Source: Haplodiscus bocki
Lineage: Eukaryota
Reading direction: 5' to 3'
Length of the DNA: 64,000 bases
Assembly: GCA_965655095.1 (NCBI GenBank)
Contig: OZ296659.1
Coordinates: 33,914,001 to 33,978,000 of the forward strand
In this document: positions 1 through 11,583 of the stretch, piece by piece
How positions within the stretch are numbered: the stretch's first letter is position 1
Layout of the letters: each line of letters begins with the position of its first letter
The notes under the pieces: model-generated
What the model was told of the DNA's origin: nothing
The model's input: the letters and a program-made list of their open reading frames with translations, nothing else
Databases searched by the model: none
Position numbers and translations under genes: made by a program

Positions 1-935
1 GATTGTAACATCGACCAATTGTGGACTTTGCACAAAGAACCATAGTGTGGCAAACAACGAGCAGACAAAGAGAAGACTCTGAGTGTTATCTGAAACAAAT
101 AATTGCTGCAGTTGGAAAAAAACTCTTCCATTGCAAGTTTAAGTTGTATATATGCAAAGTATTTGCTCAAATATATTCAATCTGAATCACTTCTTTTTTC
201 AACTTTTTTTCCATAGTTCCACATCGAATAGAGCAGTACCCGCATAAAGTATCCACAACCACAATAAACAATCTGCAGTGGTGATAAAAATCCCGCAGCT
301 GCAATCAAATATCCACCGATGCTCCCTAAATAAATTTTGGCCCCGTCCACACAGATTCGAATTCCGCTGACAGAACTCCTTCCCCCACTTCTGCTCACTT
401 AATACCACTACATGGGTGGACAAAATGTGACCCTCAAAAAAACACGAAACAAACGATTTTGGGTACCAAAGTACACTACAAATACTTTGATATACCCAAC
501 CAGTGCTAAAAAGACCATGCAACGCATACTCCTGGGCCTAGTCTCACAAAGCCGAATACAATACCTATCTTAATGCATAGCATACTTTTTGACTCAGGTT
601 ATTTTCGAAAAAACCCGTTTAACCCGACTTCCCCCGAAGACTACCTATTTTAATAGATTGCGTACTCGGGTAGTGCCGACAAACGCACGCTCGGAGCAAC
701 TTTTCCGAAAACATTACATATCGTAATATCATGCATGTCTCCGGGTAGTGCCGATTACATTACCTATCTTATTACATTGAATACTCGGCGACCTAGTGCC
801 GAGCACCGAACCCTGTCTCAACACATTGATCTCACGTAATAACATAGGAACCGAGAATGGACCTACAGCCCAAAACACCGCGTTAGGCTCCATTCGGATC
901 TCGGGTCGCTATAGCCTATCTTAATACAGGGGGGA
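1..935 (+). mobile_element. Terminal fragment of Polinton/adintovirus-like element (copy 1): pPolB C-terminus plus terminal repeat
   Basis: 2-145 reads IVTSTNCGLCTKNHSVANNEQTKRRL, matching the pPolB tail at 32030-32160. 540-935 holds repeated ctatcttaatacattg-like units ending ctatagcctatcttaatacagggggga, like the end at 49062-49090. Confidence 0.7.
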
Positions 936-1170
936 ACTCCACCACCTCCGCTTGCTCAGCTCATTCTCCTACTTCGAGCTCTCTCGCAACGTTTGGAAAT
1001 TTGCTTCGTATAAAGTGTTGTCTGAAATTTATTCAAATCTATTGAATCTGGAAGAATCTACTTCCGAACGGTAAAGGTTTGATTTTACGAGAAAAATTCA
1101 ACACAAGCGGCTGCTCACTTTCTACTGTGGGGTTTGGACTAACTCCAAAGTAGAGCTTTGCAAACATTTA

Positions 1171-1240
1171 AGACGAGCAGGACTCGAACCCGCACCTTCA
1201 AATGTGCAAATCGAATGCTCTCCCAATTAAGTTACTGTCC
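1171..1240 (-). pseudogene. tRNA-like relic (tRNA pseudogene or tRNA-derived SINE head; GCA/Cys-like anticodon region)
   Basis: Reverse complement is GGACAGTAACTTAATTGGGAGAGCATTCGATTTGCACATTTGAAGGTGCGGGTTCGAGTCCTGCTCGTCT. It has an A-box-like D arm, a GGTTCGAGTCC B box/T loop and a TTCGA/TTGAA anticodon stem with an oversized loop. The acceptor stem is poor. Confidence 0.6.
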
Positions 1241-2056
1241 TATTTTTTGTAGTCTGCTAAGTTCCACCTGTGTAGCCACCTTGCCGAATGTTGCCTATGC
1301 TTAGAAATGTTGTTCTGAAAAGTTCACTAGGCATTTTCGAGAGATCTTTTCCTCGTTCATTATTGGAGTAATAAAGTCCGTGATAAAACCATTTTTCCTT
1401 GTAGCTCAGTTTTGATTTTGATGGCGAGCGGATGGTTTTCCTGTAGCATAATGGAATGTAAAACCCAAGATTTAGAAAAATATGGACAGAAATCAACTTA
1501 TACCATTGATATCCTGTCAGTGCACTTTAGCCCATACATAAACAAGCAAAGACTTTTTTGAAATCAACTCTCAACAGAGGTGTAGGCTTCCACCACAACT
1601 TTTGAATATTGATTCGAGCTGTATGCTCGCGCGCTTCAAGCGTTTTTTGTCGCTTCTAAAAATGTTGTGGGCTTCCGACTTCCGAGTTTGGTAATGGTGC
1701 GCTCAAAATTCATTCCAAGTTATTGGCAACCGAAGGTGGTCTCTAGCATCAGCATCGATTCAATATATTCTTTTTTCGGTTCATACATGAATGCTAACCT
1801 CTATTGATGCCAGCTTAGTTCTGGTTGTCTTCTGCCCACCGCTTTGTCAAAATATAAGAGCAGAAACAATTTGAGTTGGACAAGATGAACTGGATCCCCT
1901 GAGACATTCGACGTGCCTTTCAAAGTTTGTTTGATCTTGGAATTGTTTCCTTTCATGTTCTGAATCCCCAAGAAGACCGTATATATGCACCTCACCAGTC
2001 CATTGTTTTTTGTCGGCGCGTTTGTAGAAAAAGTCGAATATTATATTGAGCACTTT

Positions 2057-2593
2057 TGTAATAAATTGATTAGAGGAAAGAAAAGAAACAATGACGTCAG
2101 CGAATAAGCTGTCAGTTGTCAAATTGAACTTCAAAATTATGCTCAGCGATTACACTTCTATGCTCCAGAAAACAATTAAAGCATGGTTAATAAAATGGAA
2201 CTATTCTGAGACAAGAAGACACCTTATCGCCTAAATTACTGAAAATAACTCGAATTTCTAATTATCAATAATTCAAAAATGTATTCCTCGAGAACGAGTG
2301 AATAACTTAACAGAATACCGTAAATCCATCTCTCAGTGAAAGTCTTAAATTGATAGTTTTCTATTTAAATATGTTCTTCGGTTCATTGACAAACCGAAAA
2401 CAATTGAAGCCAAATTGACGGGGAACGGGCATATAAACCACTAGATTTTCAATATTGAATGAGGAAAAATTGTCTTAAATTATTAGCTGATTGAGCGAAA
2501 TCTTGGACAAAAATCAGAAAATCTAAAAAAAATTATTTATGATCTTCACTGCAAATCTTTTTTTCTGCTAAATCTAAAACAAAAAAGCCTACA
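2057..2593 (+). repeat. 5' LTR of element A
   Basis: TGTAATA...CCTACA; about 90% identical by eye to 11584-12126. Confidence 0.95.
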
Positions 2594-2739
2594 AATTGAT
2601 GGCCATAGTCAACGAACCTCTTTTTCTCATTACTCTAAAAATCTACACTTTTGCAATTTCATTTGTTTTACGATTACACAATCTGCTTCGACTTATCTAC
2701 TCCAAAAAGTAGCAGACCCGAAAAATTTCACCCACAAAA

Positions 2740-4130
2740 ATGATAAGTGCTTCCACTGTCCCATTTCTTTTATTCTTAGTTTCGGTCATTTTTCTTGTAG
2801 TTTTGTCACTTTTTCGTCTTAAAATCAAAACTCAAGCAAATTTTATTGATTTTGTGATGAAAAACTTCTCTGGTACCGAGCCTGAAGATGATGCAGACGT
2901 TTTTGTTAAACAAATTGAACATAAAATTAAAGTAACTTGAGGACATTTTCCCGCTACGGGTAATGATCGAGAAAACTATCGACAAAAACCGTCAACGAGC
3001 ACTTTTTGCACCTTTACTTCGCGGACCAGCAGCAGAATGGTATGCTGCCAATATTAACGAGGATGACGCTGCCCACACGTGGTACTTCATAAAACGAGAA
3101 TTTCGTACACGTTTTACTGATGGTCGGGATAGAAAAAGATTTCGATTTCAGGCTGAAAACATTAAACGTACTGAAAATGAGTCCATGAAAACATGCTTGC
3201 AAAGAGTTTAAAAAACGGCTGAGAAACGTTTGCCTACAATCTACGTCGTTGGGGCCACTGCCGCTCAGCGAACGGCTGCAGACAATCAAATGCAAACCCA
3301 TCGAAACGAAAAATATATTTCATTCGAATCGAAAGGTTTAGTTCCAAATCTTCTGAAGCAATGTTCGTACAAAAGAATCCTTGAAAACCCACTTACTACT
3401 TGGGAACAACTAACTGCTCATCTTATCAAAAAAGATTTGTGTTATGCAATGAGAGCAGATGGCGAGGAATTTTCCTCCTCGAATGACAAATTGGTAACCA
3501 TTGAGGAACAGTTGAAAAGTTTGCAAGAAGCATTCCAATCACACAGTGTAAATGCAGTGAATCTAAACCCGCAAAATCCTCAAATGAATCCAAATTTCAC
3601 CCGTTTTCGAAAACCTGGCCACACGGAAGGCACACAGTAATGTAATGTCCCAAAAAACAGAACCAGTCAAATTTCCGATCCCAAAATTTCAATCTCCCAC
3701 GACAAAAAAACTTTGGAATCTATTCTCACAGAACTTTTCGACCACTCAAAGGAACTCAAAATCAGTGTAATCACAGACATTTTACAACACAACAAAACTC
3801 AGTACAAGCTCGGAATCGTTTTCCTCTAAACAGAAATGGTTCCCAAAGAAACTTTCAAAATCAGCAGCGCAACTATCTCCAAAACTCTTATCGACAGAAT
3901 TACCCAAGCTCCTACCAAAATTATTCAAATCAGCGTGATCCTCAACATCCCCCTTTGCAAAAATCAAAAAAGGAGGCAAACCGAAAACAACTACCAAACA
4001 ATCAGTATAAAAATGAGCCAAATGTCACAGAACAAATCAATATGATCCGACAACATCCGAATACGAATGCTTTACAAATGCAAACTCCTAATGCCCTGAC
4101 GTATCAAGCTCTTCGTGCTGGTTGCCATAC
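2740..4130 (+). pseudogene. gag: gag of element A (frameshifted)
   Basis: FSGTEPEDDADVFVKQIE, LRGPAAEWY and W..IKREFRTRF capsid-like motifs; degenerate zinc knuckle near 3595-3650; N/Q-rich tail. Confidence 0.85.
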
Positions 4131-4131
4131 C

Positions 4132-4560
4132 CTTCTAAAATATATCAAAGGAGACATTTTCTAATCAACAGAGAGCTTAACTCTTTGTGCATTGGCAGAT
4201 TTTGCGATGCGAAAAGGTATCACCGCAGAAGTGGTAGAGAAATTCCCATTTTTGTGAAGTTCCGCTGCGCAATTTTCTTTTGATCCTGGAACATTTTTTG
4301 CCTATTGGCATGAAGAATCTCAGCGCCTTATTTACAATTTGGTAATTCAAGTAAAGTGCAATGATAAATCAAAACCTCCTGATGTAGCCAACGCAAAAGA
4401 GGCATTGAGAGAGCATGCGTTGAGAAATAAAGTGAAGGTGACTGCAATGCCCCGACGGGCAAGCGCTCTTGAAAGATTACCGCGGAATGAAATACAAACA
4501 ATGCTTCCAGACATTTTTTGAAAATCTGGAATTCAAATTCAAGTGCATTTTCTTCGATTT
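4132..4560 (+). pseudogene. TARG1/OARD1 (Poa1p-like) macrodomain between gag and protease
   Basis: One frame with internal stops: LLKYIKGDIF*STESLTLCALADFAMRKGITAEVVEKFP...RLIYNLVIQVKCNDK...EALREHALRNKVKVTAMPRRASALERLPRNEIQTMLPDIF, then a shift into ENLEFKF. It is collinear with TARG1 motifs YVKGDLF, SLAHCISEDCRMGAGIA, YIYYLITK and MPRIGCGLDRL. Confidence 0.88.
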
Positions 4561-4714
4561 TCTTCTTAACGACCGTTATCTGGACCCCGCCGTGATTATG
4601 TCAGTGGAGTCCATAGTCTGTACTCTTCAAATTAAAGTCGTATACGCCTTAGCAATCAAAATGTCGAATATTTGTTGATCTCTATATTCACACCACCGGA
4701 GACGTGAATAAAAA

Positions 4715-5775
4715 TAGTGGCCTTAGAAATTGAATTTCTTCTAAACACGGGGGCAACCTGATCCGTTATAAATTTTAACACTTTTAAGGCCATATCAGAC
4801 GTTGGTCAAAATAATACCGTTGTCCGAACCCCAACTCACACAACTGCAATCGAAAATGTTGAAATTCGAATGTTGGGTTACACAATTCTTCCTCTCTCAT
4901 TGGACTTTGATGGTAATTATGAGATTAAACATAAAATGTGGATTACACACAAACACACGACAAATATTTTGGAAATGCAGTTATTTCAGGAGTATTGCGC
5001 AAGTCTTAACTTCGAAATCCCTCTCCCTGGGTTAAAAACCTTTCAAAAAACCATCAATACATGGCAAACACCAGAAAGATAAAAAGTATCCTGGTTGTTC
5101 GAAATTTTTCCCATAACTCTCAACAAACCAGTCTCGATAGAACCATTGAGTACAGATCTCATAAAACATCAATGCCCTCATGAGAACTCTTGTTATACGG
5201 GAGGTACTACCTACAAGCACTTGAAAACTGCAAAAGTGAAAGGATTAAATTATTATCATACGATGGTAAGTGCAAACGAAAGTTCCTTTCCAATTCTCAC
5301 TGCAAATCAAAATCCAATGCCCATAACTCTTCAAAAAGGACTACTAGGCGATACATTTACTCCAATTTTGGATAAAGGAAAAAGAAATCAACTCTTTATG
5401 ATTCATAAACCGCTCCAAGTAGCAGAAGTCCCAACTGAAAATTGTTGATTTCTTGATGTTGAAGAGATTTTTGAACTTTCAATCGAAGACAAACGAAAAA
5501 ATGAAAGAAATTCTATCAGTTGTCAAGAAGTAAGTAGAGAAACATTCACTCCTTTGAATTTGGACAACGAATGTCAAGAAGAACTTAGAGGGTCATGTCT
5601 ACCAAATTGTAATTAAGCAATTTCTATACACAGAGTTTCGACGTTACCTCAAAATGTTCATCATCACTTTTCACAAGAAGAAGTATCTTTCCTTTCCTTT
5701 TTTGACTTCAAAGATTCGGATCTTACTGATGCGGAAATCAGGTCTGTTTGTCAAATTCTGAATAAAGATAATGAA
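4715..5775 (+). pseudogene. pol: pol 5' part of element A: aspartic protease, linker and first helix before RT
   Basis: LEIEFLLNTGAT*SVIN is a degenerate DTG protease motif (about 4725-4785). FDFKDSDLTDAEIRSVCQIL at 5701-5760 resembles the pre-RT helix and then stops abruptly. Confidence 0.8.
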
Positions 5776-5777
5776 TA

Positions 5778-7604
5778 AATGAGTTTGAGGTTACTGAACC
5801 TTTTACAAACCAGATCAGCTCATTGAGCGATATCCTTAAAAATTTTAAAAAGGGCGAAAATGTCAATGTCCCGCGGACAAAAATTTAAAAAGATTGTGTT
5901 GGAAATGTCACTGAGATTTGTGAGATTGTCAACCCGAACAATGAATTACCTGCCCTACTATCGGTTTTTAGACTGGATCAAGAGAGTCAAGCACAATTCG
6001 ATATTGTCAAAAAGCAAACCCTATCCAACGCTGATGAAAATTTGTCTTCACTAGACGTAAATTTTATCGATCTCGACACTCCACTGACTACGTCTCTTTT
6101 ACTGACTGAACAGAAACTCGACTCCGTATCGTCAAAAAATCGAGACTGGTTAAAAAAAAAGAAGAGAGACCAAGCCCTAAAGACCCGCCATATCATTCAC
6201 GAGCATTCAGAAGCTACGAAAAACTTTGAATTACTTTTCGTTGATCCAGATACAAATCGTGTTTGCTACAAAGAAATTATGCACAATGGTGATCACATTG
6301 AGAAAAAGACTTGTCTTCTTTGTCATTACTGTTTGTAGCGCCTCTCCTGTCACGCTCTCATGAATTGTCAGGCCATTTAGCCCAATCGAAAACATTAGCA
6401 AACTTCAAGAGATATTTTTTCTTCCCAGGAATGTTTAAACGGGTCACTGTTCTGATTATTGACTGTTTGTCATGTCAAAAGCATAAACTAAAACGAAAAA
6501 ATTTAAACCAATCTCCTCCTCAGCCTTGGGGAGGCCTGGAGACTATTGGTTTTCGGACTATTCGTATCTACCATAACGGATCTGTTTATCCTAATAATTC
6601 AGGTATTGAACATTGCCTCGTAATAGTAGATTATTTTTTTCAATTTATCCAAGTCTATCCATTTATAAGTACTTCGGCGTTGCATACAATAGAGCCTATC
6701 GAAAACCGGATTTCAAATTTTGGAATTCCCCACATTATAGTATACGACAGAAGAAGTGCCTTTTTCAAAAAAGAAGCAACTAACTGGGCAACAGAACCAA
6801 GGATTACTTTAGCTCCACTAACTGATCACTCACCATGGTAAATCACTCACCATGGCTAATGGTAAAATTGAAATACAAAATAAACACTTTACTCAATTTT
6901 TCCGTCTTTTTTCATCAACAAATGGCTCAAAATGGGCGTTATTGGCACCAAAATTTGCTTTTGCGCATAATACGAGTGTAGATACCGCCACTCGTTCTAG
7001 CCCTAATGGAAACTTCTTGGTTTCAAAACCTGAAATACCGCTTTCTCTTAAGCTCAGACTTATGAGAGATACAAGGAAACTATGTAACTCTGACTTCTGT
7101 GAGGAATTACCTCCACACACTCTCAATATTTCGCAAACAACTACATTTCTTGATTGATTGTTGCATAAATGTCCTTCACCTCGTTTTTTTACCCGTGAAA
7201 ACCAATAAAAATGATCGTATGCAGAAACTTATTGTGTGTCGAGAGGAATTACCGACAAAGCAAAAGAATATAGGAATGAACATTAGTTGGGGAAAGAATT
7301 GCAAGTAGGACAAAAAGTCCTTCGCGAGAAGTTCACCGGAGAACTCAATAAATCAAAGAAAATGTCTTCTTTCCGTTCAAGCCCACACACGTTTCTCCAA
7401 AAGATTACAAATACCAACTGTGAAACTGAGTTAGATGAAAACCCCGGAAAAATATTACACAGCCATAGGAACCCTTTAATTGAGTATCTTCCAAAAGATG
7501 CATCTGTTCCGTCAATGATTAAGGCTTACAATAGACCTCAAAAGTCGCCCGGTGAGCATCGTCAATTCTATCGAAAATTAAATGAAACTGCTGAAGACGA
7601 CTAA
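5778..7604 (+). pseudogene. pol: pol 3' part of element A: tether and DDE integrase with GPY/F region
   Basis: HHCC motif SHELSGH...DCLSCQ; LVIVDYF, IVYDRRSAF and PWANGKIE (a 17-bp duplication at about 6826-6859 breaks the frame); AFAHNT; LQVGQKVL...HRNPLIEY. Confidence 0.9.
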
Positions 7605-8199
7605 AATCAATATGTACCCCATGAAGAATCGCTATTTACTTTTTTTCCTGCAATAGAAACTCAAGGCCACATAACGATCAGTGATCAAAAATGAAAGACT
7701 AATGAATTTGATTCAGGATATAAATCATGGCATGTAAATATTCTATTCAATACTCCTAAACCATGTTCAAGTACAACTAGGGCTCTAATGGGATCAGCAG
7801 ATGGAAGGGTATTTCAACCAAAGTTCTTATCAAGCTCAACTCTTTACCTCGAGTGCACAATCATAATCATGAACAATCGTCATCGTCTCAGCTACGAAGT
7901 GAAAATACTCTGAGCGATCGATGACCCAAAAGATTTCCGATGCTGCTAGATCTGATCAAAGCAGTTCGCGAAGCTTGAGAGAAACCACTCGTTGCCAACG
8001 ATTGGCAGTCCCTAATTAAGTTTTGGAAAGGGAAATGCCTGATGAATTACGATTTTCTGACAACATTTCTCGAAAAAAATCGTACATCAAACAAAATAAA
8101 TAACCCAATAGTACCTGTCATGTTAAAAATCTGGTGAATATCAACCACAATTATCTTGTTTTATGCTTACAGCTCGAATCAGAACTCCGATACCCTGGA

Positions 8200-10314
8200 A
8201 ATCCCCGTATGTATCATATTTTTCCCGTGTTTTCCGTGTGTTCTGTCTGGTTTCGATCATCACAATGATTTTTAGAACGTAGATCCCTCATTATTTGTGT
8301 TTCATTTTGGTTGCCCAAAAATTACTGAAAATAAACTTTACTCTCTGAATAAAAACTCGAAATGTAACATTGAAGTGAGTAATTCTGAAACTACCCTTAT
8401 CTTAACCCTCGACCTGTAACAACGCGTTTACTCGACGACTATTAGTGCCACAAGATGCACCATTCGCCGTGGCGAAAAAAATGGTATGGTGGATTACATG
8501 GCCATAGTGACATCGAAACTAAGCAAAACTCATTAACAGTAAATCTATCAATAGAACCTCAAGCATGCGCTGTAGCTGCAGAAAGAGGACCAAATTCAGT
8601 CCCAAAAGACCATGGCGATAAGTCAATTCCAATAGTTTAAAATGTTCTCAAAGATAGTGTGATTACGGAAAAAAACGATGGAGATTAGGTAGGACACGAT
8701 GATCCAAAATCTCCAAACGAATGTAAAGATACTCGCTGGGTGGTGAGAGATTCCTACCGGACTTTCACGGAAAAGGTAATACTAAACGTTGATCTCAAAT
8801 CAATGCAAATCCGAAATGTCAAAAATTTTGTTTTACATTATAAAGTGTCAGAGGGAGGAAGTCCTAGTACCTTTCTAGACGTTGAAACATACACTTGGAA
8901 CCAAACTGAAAACTGCTTGTTCAAGAAAATTGGCTCTGTAAATAATGGTCAAATGATTAATTATAATGACCAACATTTCATTTCAACAGATCCAAAATCC
9001 AAGTCGGACGATCCAAATTTCTTTTTCGAAATTTTCAGTGATCAGCAAAAGATTTGCAGTCATCCGCTACCAGTATACTTTACAAATTATGATGATTTTT
9101 TCATGCAATACTCTGGCGGTTTTGACATCAATACTGGTCAACCAAAGAGCCCGCATCAAAAAAAACTTACTCTTATTAAATTTCGCATTGAGGGTGATAA
9201 TGAAATTGACTCTCGAAATTTACAGTATGATGTACACCTAGGAGCTAAATTTGACTGTATTCTTCATCGAACAAATCTGAATATTCATGTCTCTCAAGTA
9301 AAATTGATACAAAATCAGTGTTAACTTGAACTTGCCCAAAGGCTTAAAATTTTGACAATGTCTTTAGAAAACACGCGATTAGCTGGATAACTTCTTACTG
9401 GTAACCGTTCTATATTTCGTGACACTAATGGGTGTGTCGGTTGGCTATACCATTGCCCAAAAGTCAGATCCACAATACGTGTGATGGAAAAATGTTATGA
9501 TAAAACACCAATATTTTATAAAAAACTAGTGCATTTTGCTGATCCAATCACTCGTCAGACTTTTCATTCTGCCAATGAAAATTCATGTCAACATGCGACT
9601 CAAAATCTGTTTCAACTCGATATGGACAATGATGATTCTTGGTATAATTTGATACCTCATCCAGTAGTTCATAACAAGCCATTAGTACTTTCGCCGACTA
9701 TGTTTTCTCGTCCAAGTTTGCATGTAATTTATTTTTCTAATAATGTGGACTGTACACACGGAAACAGTTGTCACATTTTTGGAACGATGTTAAAATTGGC
9801 TATCATTCGAAATATATAATTAAAAAAACACTCGTGAACTGGTCAGTCAGAATACTGATTCATATCAAGTAGTAAAGGATTACTCTTCTCCAGTTTACCT
9901 TGCCAATTTTATGTCACCTGAAAATTACACTGACGGCTTTAAAGAAACCGTTGGAAATATCACTCATTAACTGGAAGAACTGGGCATTTTTGCATTGTTT
10001 TTGTTTGTCAGAGTGGTAATTAACGTTATTATAGTAGTAGTGAACGCATTTGAAGTCCAAGAACTAACTAGAAAAACTGTAGGACTTTCGAAAGAACTCC
10101 TCGCAGCAACGTATGATCTGTTTTGTTGTCAGTAATTAGGTCAATTTTTGGGATAACCGATAATAAGGAAACGAATCCACTATATGAAACAAGTAATGCA
10201 TTGTGCATTGAAGCGCCTAATGAAACTAAGGAAGAGGCTCCCTTCCTTTATTCAGACACAAAAATTTATCGACAAGGAACCGCTCCTCAAGAGGTCCCCG
10301 CACCTCTTCATTAA
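8200..10314 (+). pseudogene. env: env-like glycoprotein of element A (chuvirus G / class III fusogen-like)
   Basis: Hydrophobic N-terminus; FGCPK..LYSLN..C; YTWN..ENC; QNQC*LE..LAG*LLTGNRS..GWLYHCPKV..KCYDKTPIFY..HFADPITRQTF..C; TM segment about 9980-10050; short tail ending 10314. Confidence 0.8.
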
Positions 10315-10424
10315 ATTAATAATAAAGGGGAAAGGGAAAAATGTACATGTTTGTTTGGTACCTAACAGTTGTATGAGTAAATTTGTCGCATCAAATAAAT
10401 CTTTTTATTGCTTAGCTGCCTGAG

Positions 10425-10867
10425 GATGGTAAACTACTCTCAGATCTTGACTAAACGTCACTAAGTCCAAAAAGCGAAAATTTTGATGGAAAGTTAAAAA
10501 TTCGTAATCCTATACCAATCGTCGAATCTGCAACTTTACGGGCAAAGCAAATGGTATCTTTAAATACACGAAAACGTCACTTTCACCACAGATCATTTAT
10601 CAATCAATAGAGTACAGGCTTGAAAAAACTAACCAACCATCATTGAGAAACCGATTGGACCTTGAACAAACTCTAGAACGGTACGAAACATACACAAACT
10701 GTCCATGTGGAAATCCCGGATTTGTAAATTACTTGAAGTATTCATTGAAGAAAGACATCAATCAAAACAGTTGGAGAATAATCCACTTTGACTTTCCAAG
10801 AAATAATTACATGATAAAAACAACGATCTGAACGGACAAACTTTATGGGTATCACCAAAACAAATGA
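10425..10867 (+). pseudogene. Accessory ORF X1 downstream of env (unknown, degraded; has CPCGNPG motif)
   Basis: Frame open from about 10508 to 10831. Reading through one TGA leads to a TGA at 10865-10867 that overlaps the next ATG. Confidence 0.45.
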
Positions 10868-11292
10868 CAGCCTTTCCTGATTTGGACAACTTAACACCAA
10901 GTGTAAAACCGAGTATGGTTGCAGATTTTTCAAAAATTCCCGCTGTCAAACGGAATATGGTTTCTGTGAGTTCACAGACTGAAGTAAAAACTGCCTCGCT
11001 AGGAACTGCATGGACTGAAATACATGATATTGAGCTGCAAGAAAAATGCTATGGACTGAAACGAGATCTTGACAGACAAAAACGATTAATTGAAGAATTA
11101 GAGAAGAAACTACAAATCAAAACGAAAGAATCACAGATGCATAAAGATGCTTACAAAACTATCAGAGATGACCACGTAGAAACTCATGTATTAGTATCTA
11201 AAAATCTGAAAAATATGCAAGCAATGGTTGAAACGTCTGAACTAAGACGTGCTGAATGCATTAAAATGATTCAAACCATTCTGGTCAAATAA
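10864..11292 (+). CDS. Accessory ORF X2 (coiled-coil protein; probably extended to 11502 originally)
   Basis: Intact 142-aa ATG ORF with heptad-like LKRDLDRQKRLIEELEKKLQ. The same frame continues to 11502 across two stops. Confidence 0.6.
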   Translation: MTAFPDLDNLTPSVKPSMVADFSKIPAVKRNMVSVSSQTEVKTASLGTAWTEIHDIELQEKCYGLKRDLDRQKRLIEELEKKLQIKTKESQMHKDAYKTIRDDHVETHVLVSKNLKNMQAMVETSELRRAECIKMIQTILVK

Positions 11293-11583
11293 TTAAAACC
11301 CTATAAAAACTCTCTGGAAAAAATGCTTTCGGGTGCAACTAAAACAAAAGGAAAATTTTACAAACATCATAGTCTATTCAGTTTAAAAAAAGGAACCTTA
11401 AAGCCAAATTGGGCTTATTCCTGGCTACCAGACGGGAAATGAGAAGAGATAGAAGAATGGAGCTCAAAATACAATCTACCACTCGATATTGAAAATACAT
11501 AACTGCTCTGACAGAATTAGATACAGCTGTGGTCTGCAGATAGTTAGAAGTAGCACTTTAAATTTCTTAACAAGGGGGTTAGT

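Noticed and set aside
1257-1995. Possible host exons on the minus strand
   Set aside because: Short broken frames with no recognisable domain or convincing splice pattern.
2594-2615. Primer tRNA assignment for element A
   Set aside because: The site reads tgatggccatag with a damaged TGG; the tRNA cannot be named without the host tRNA set.
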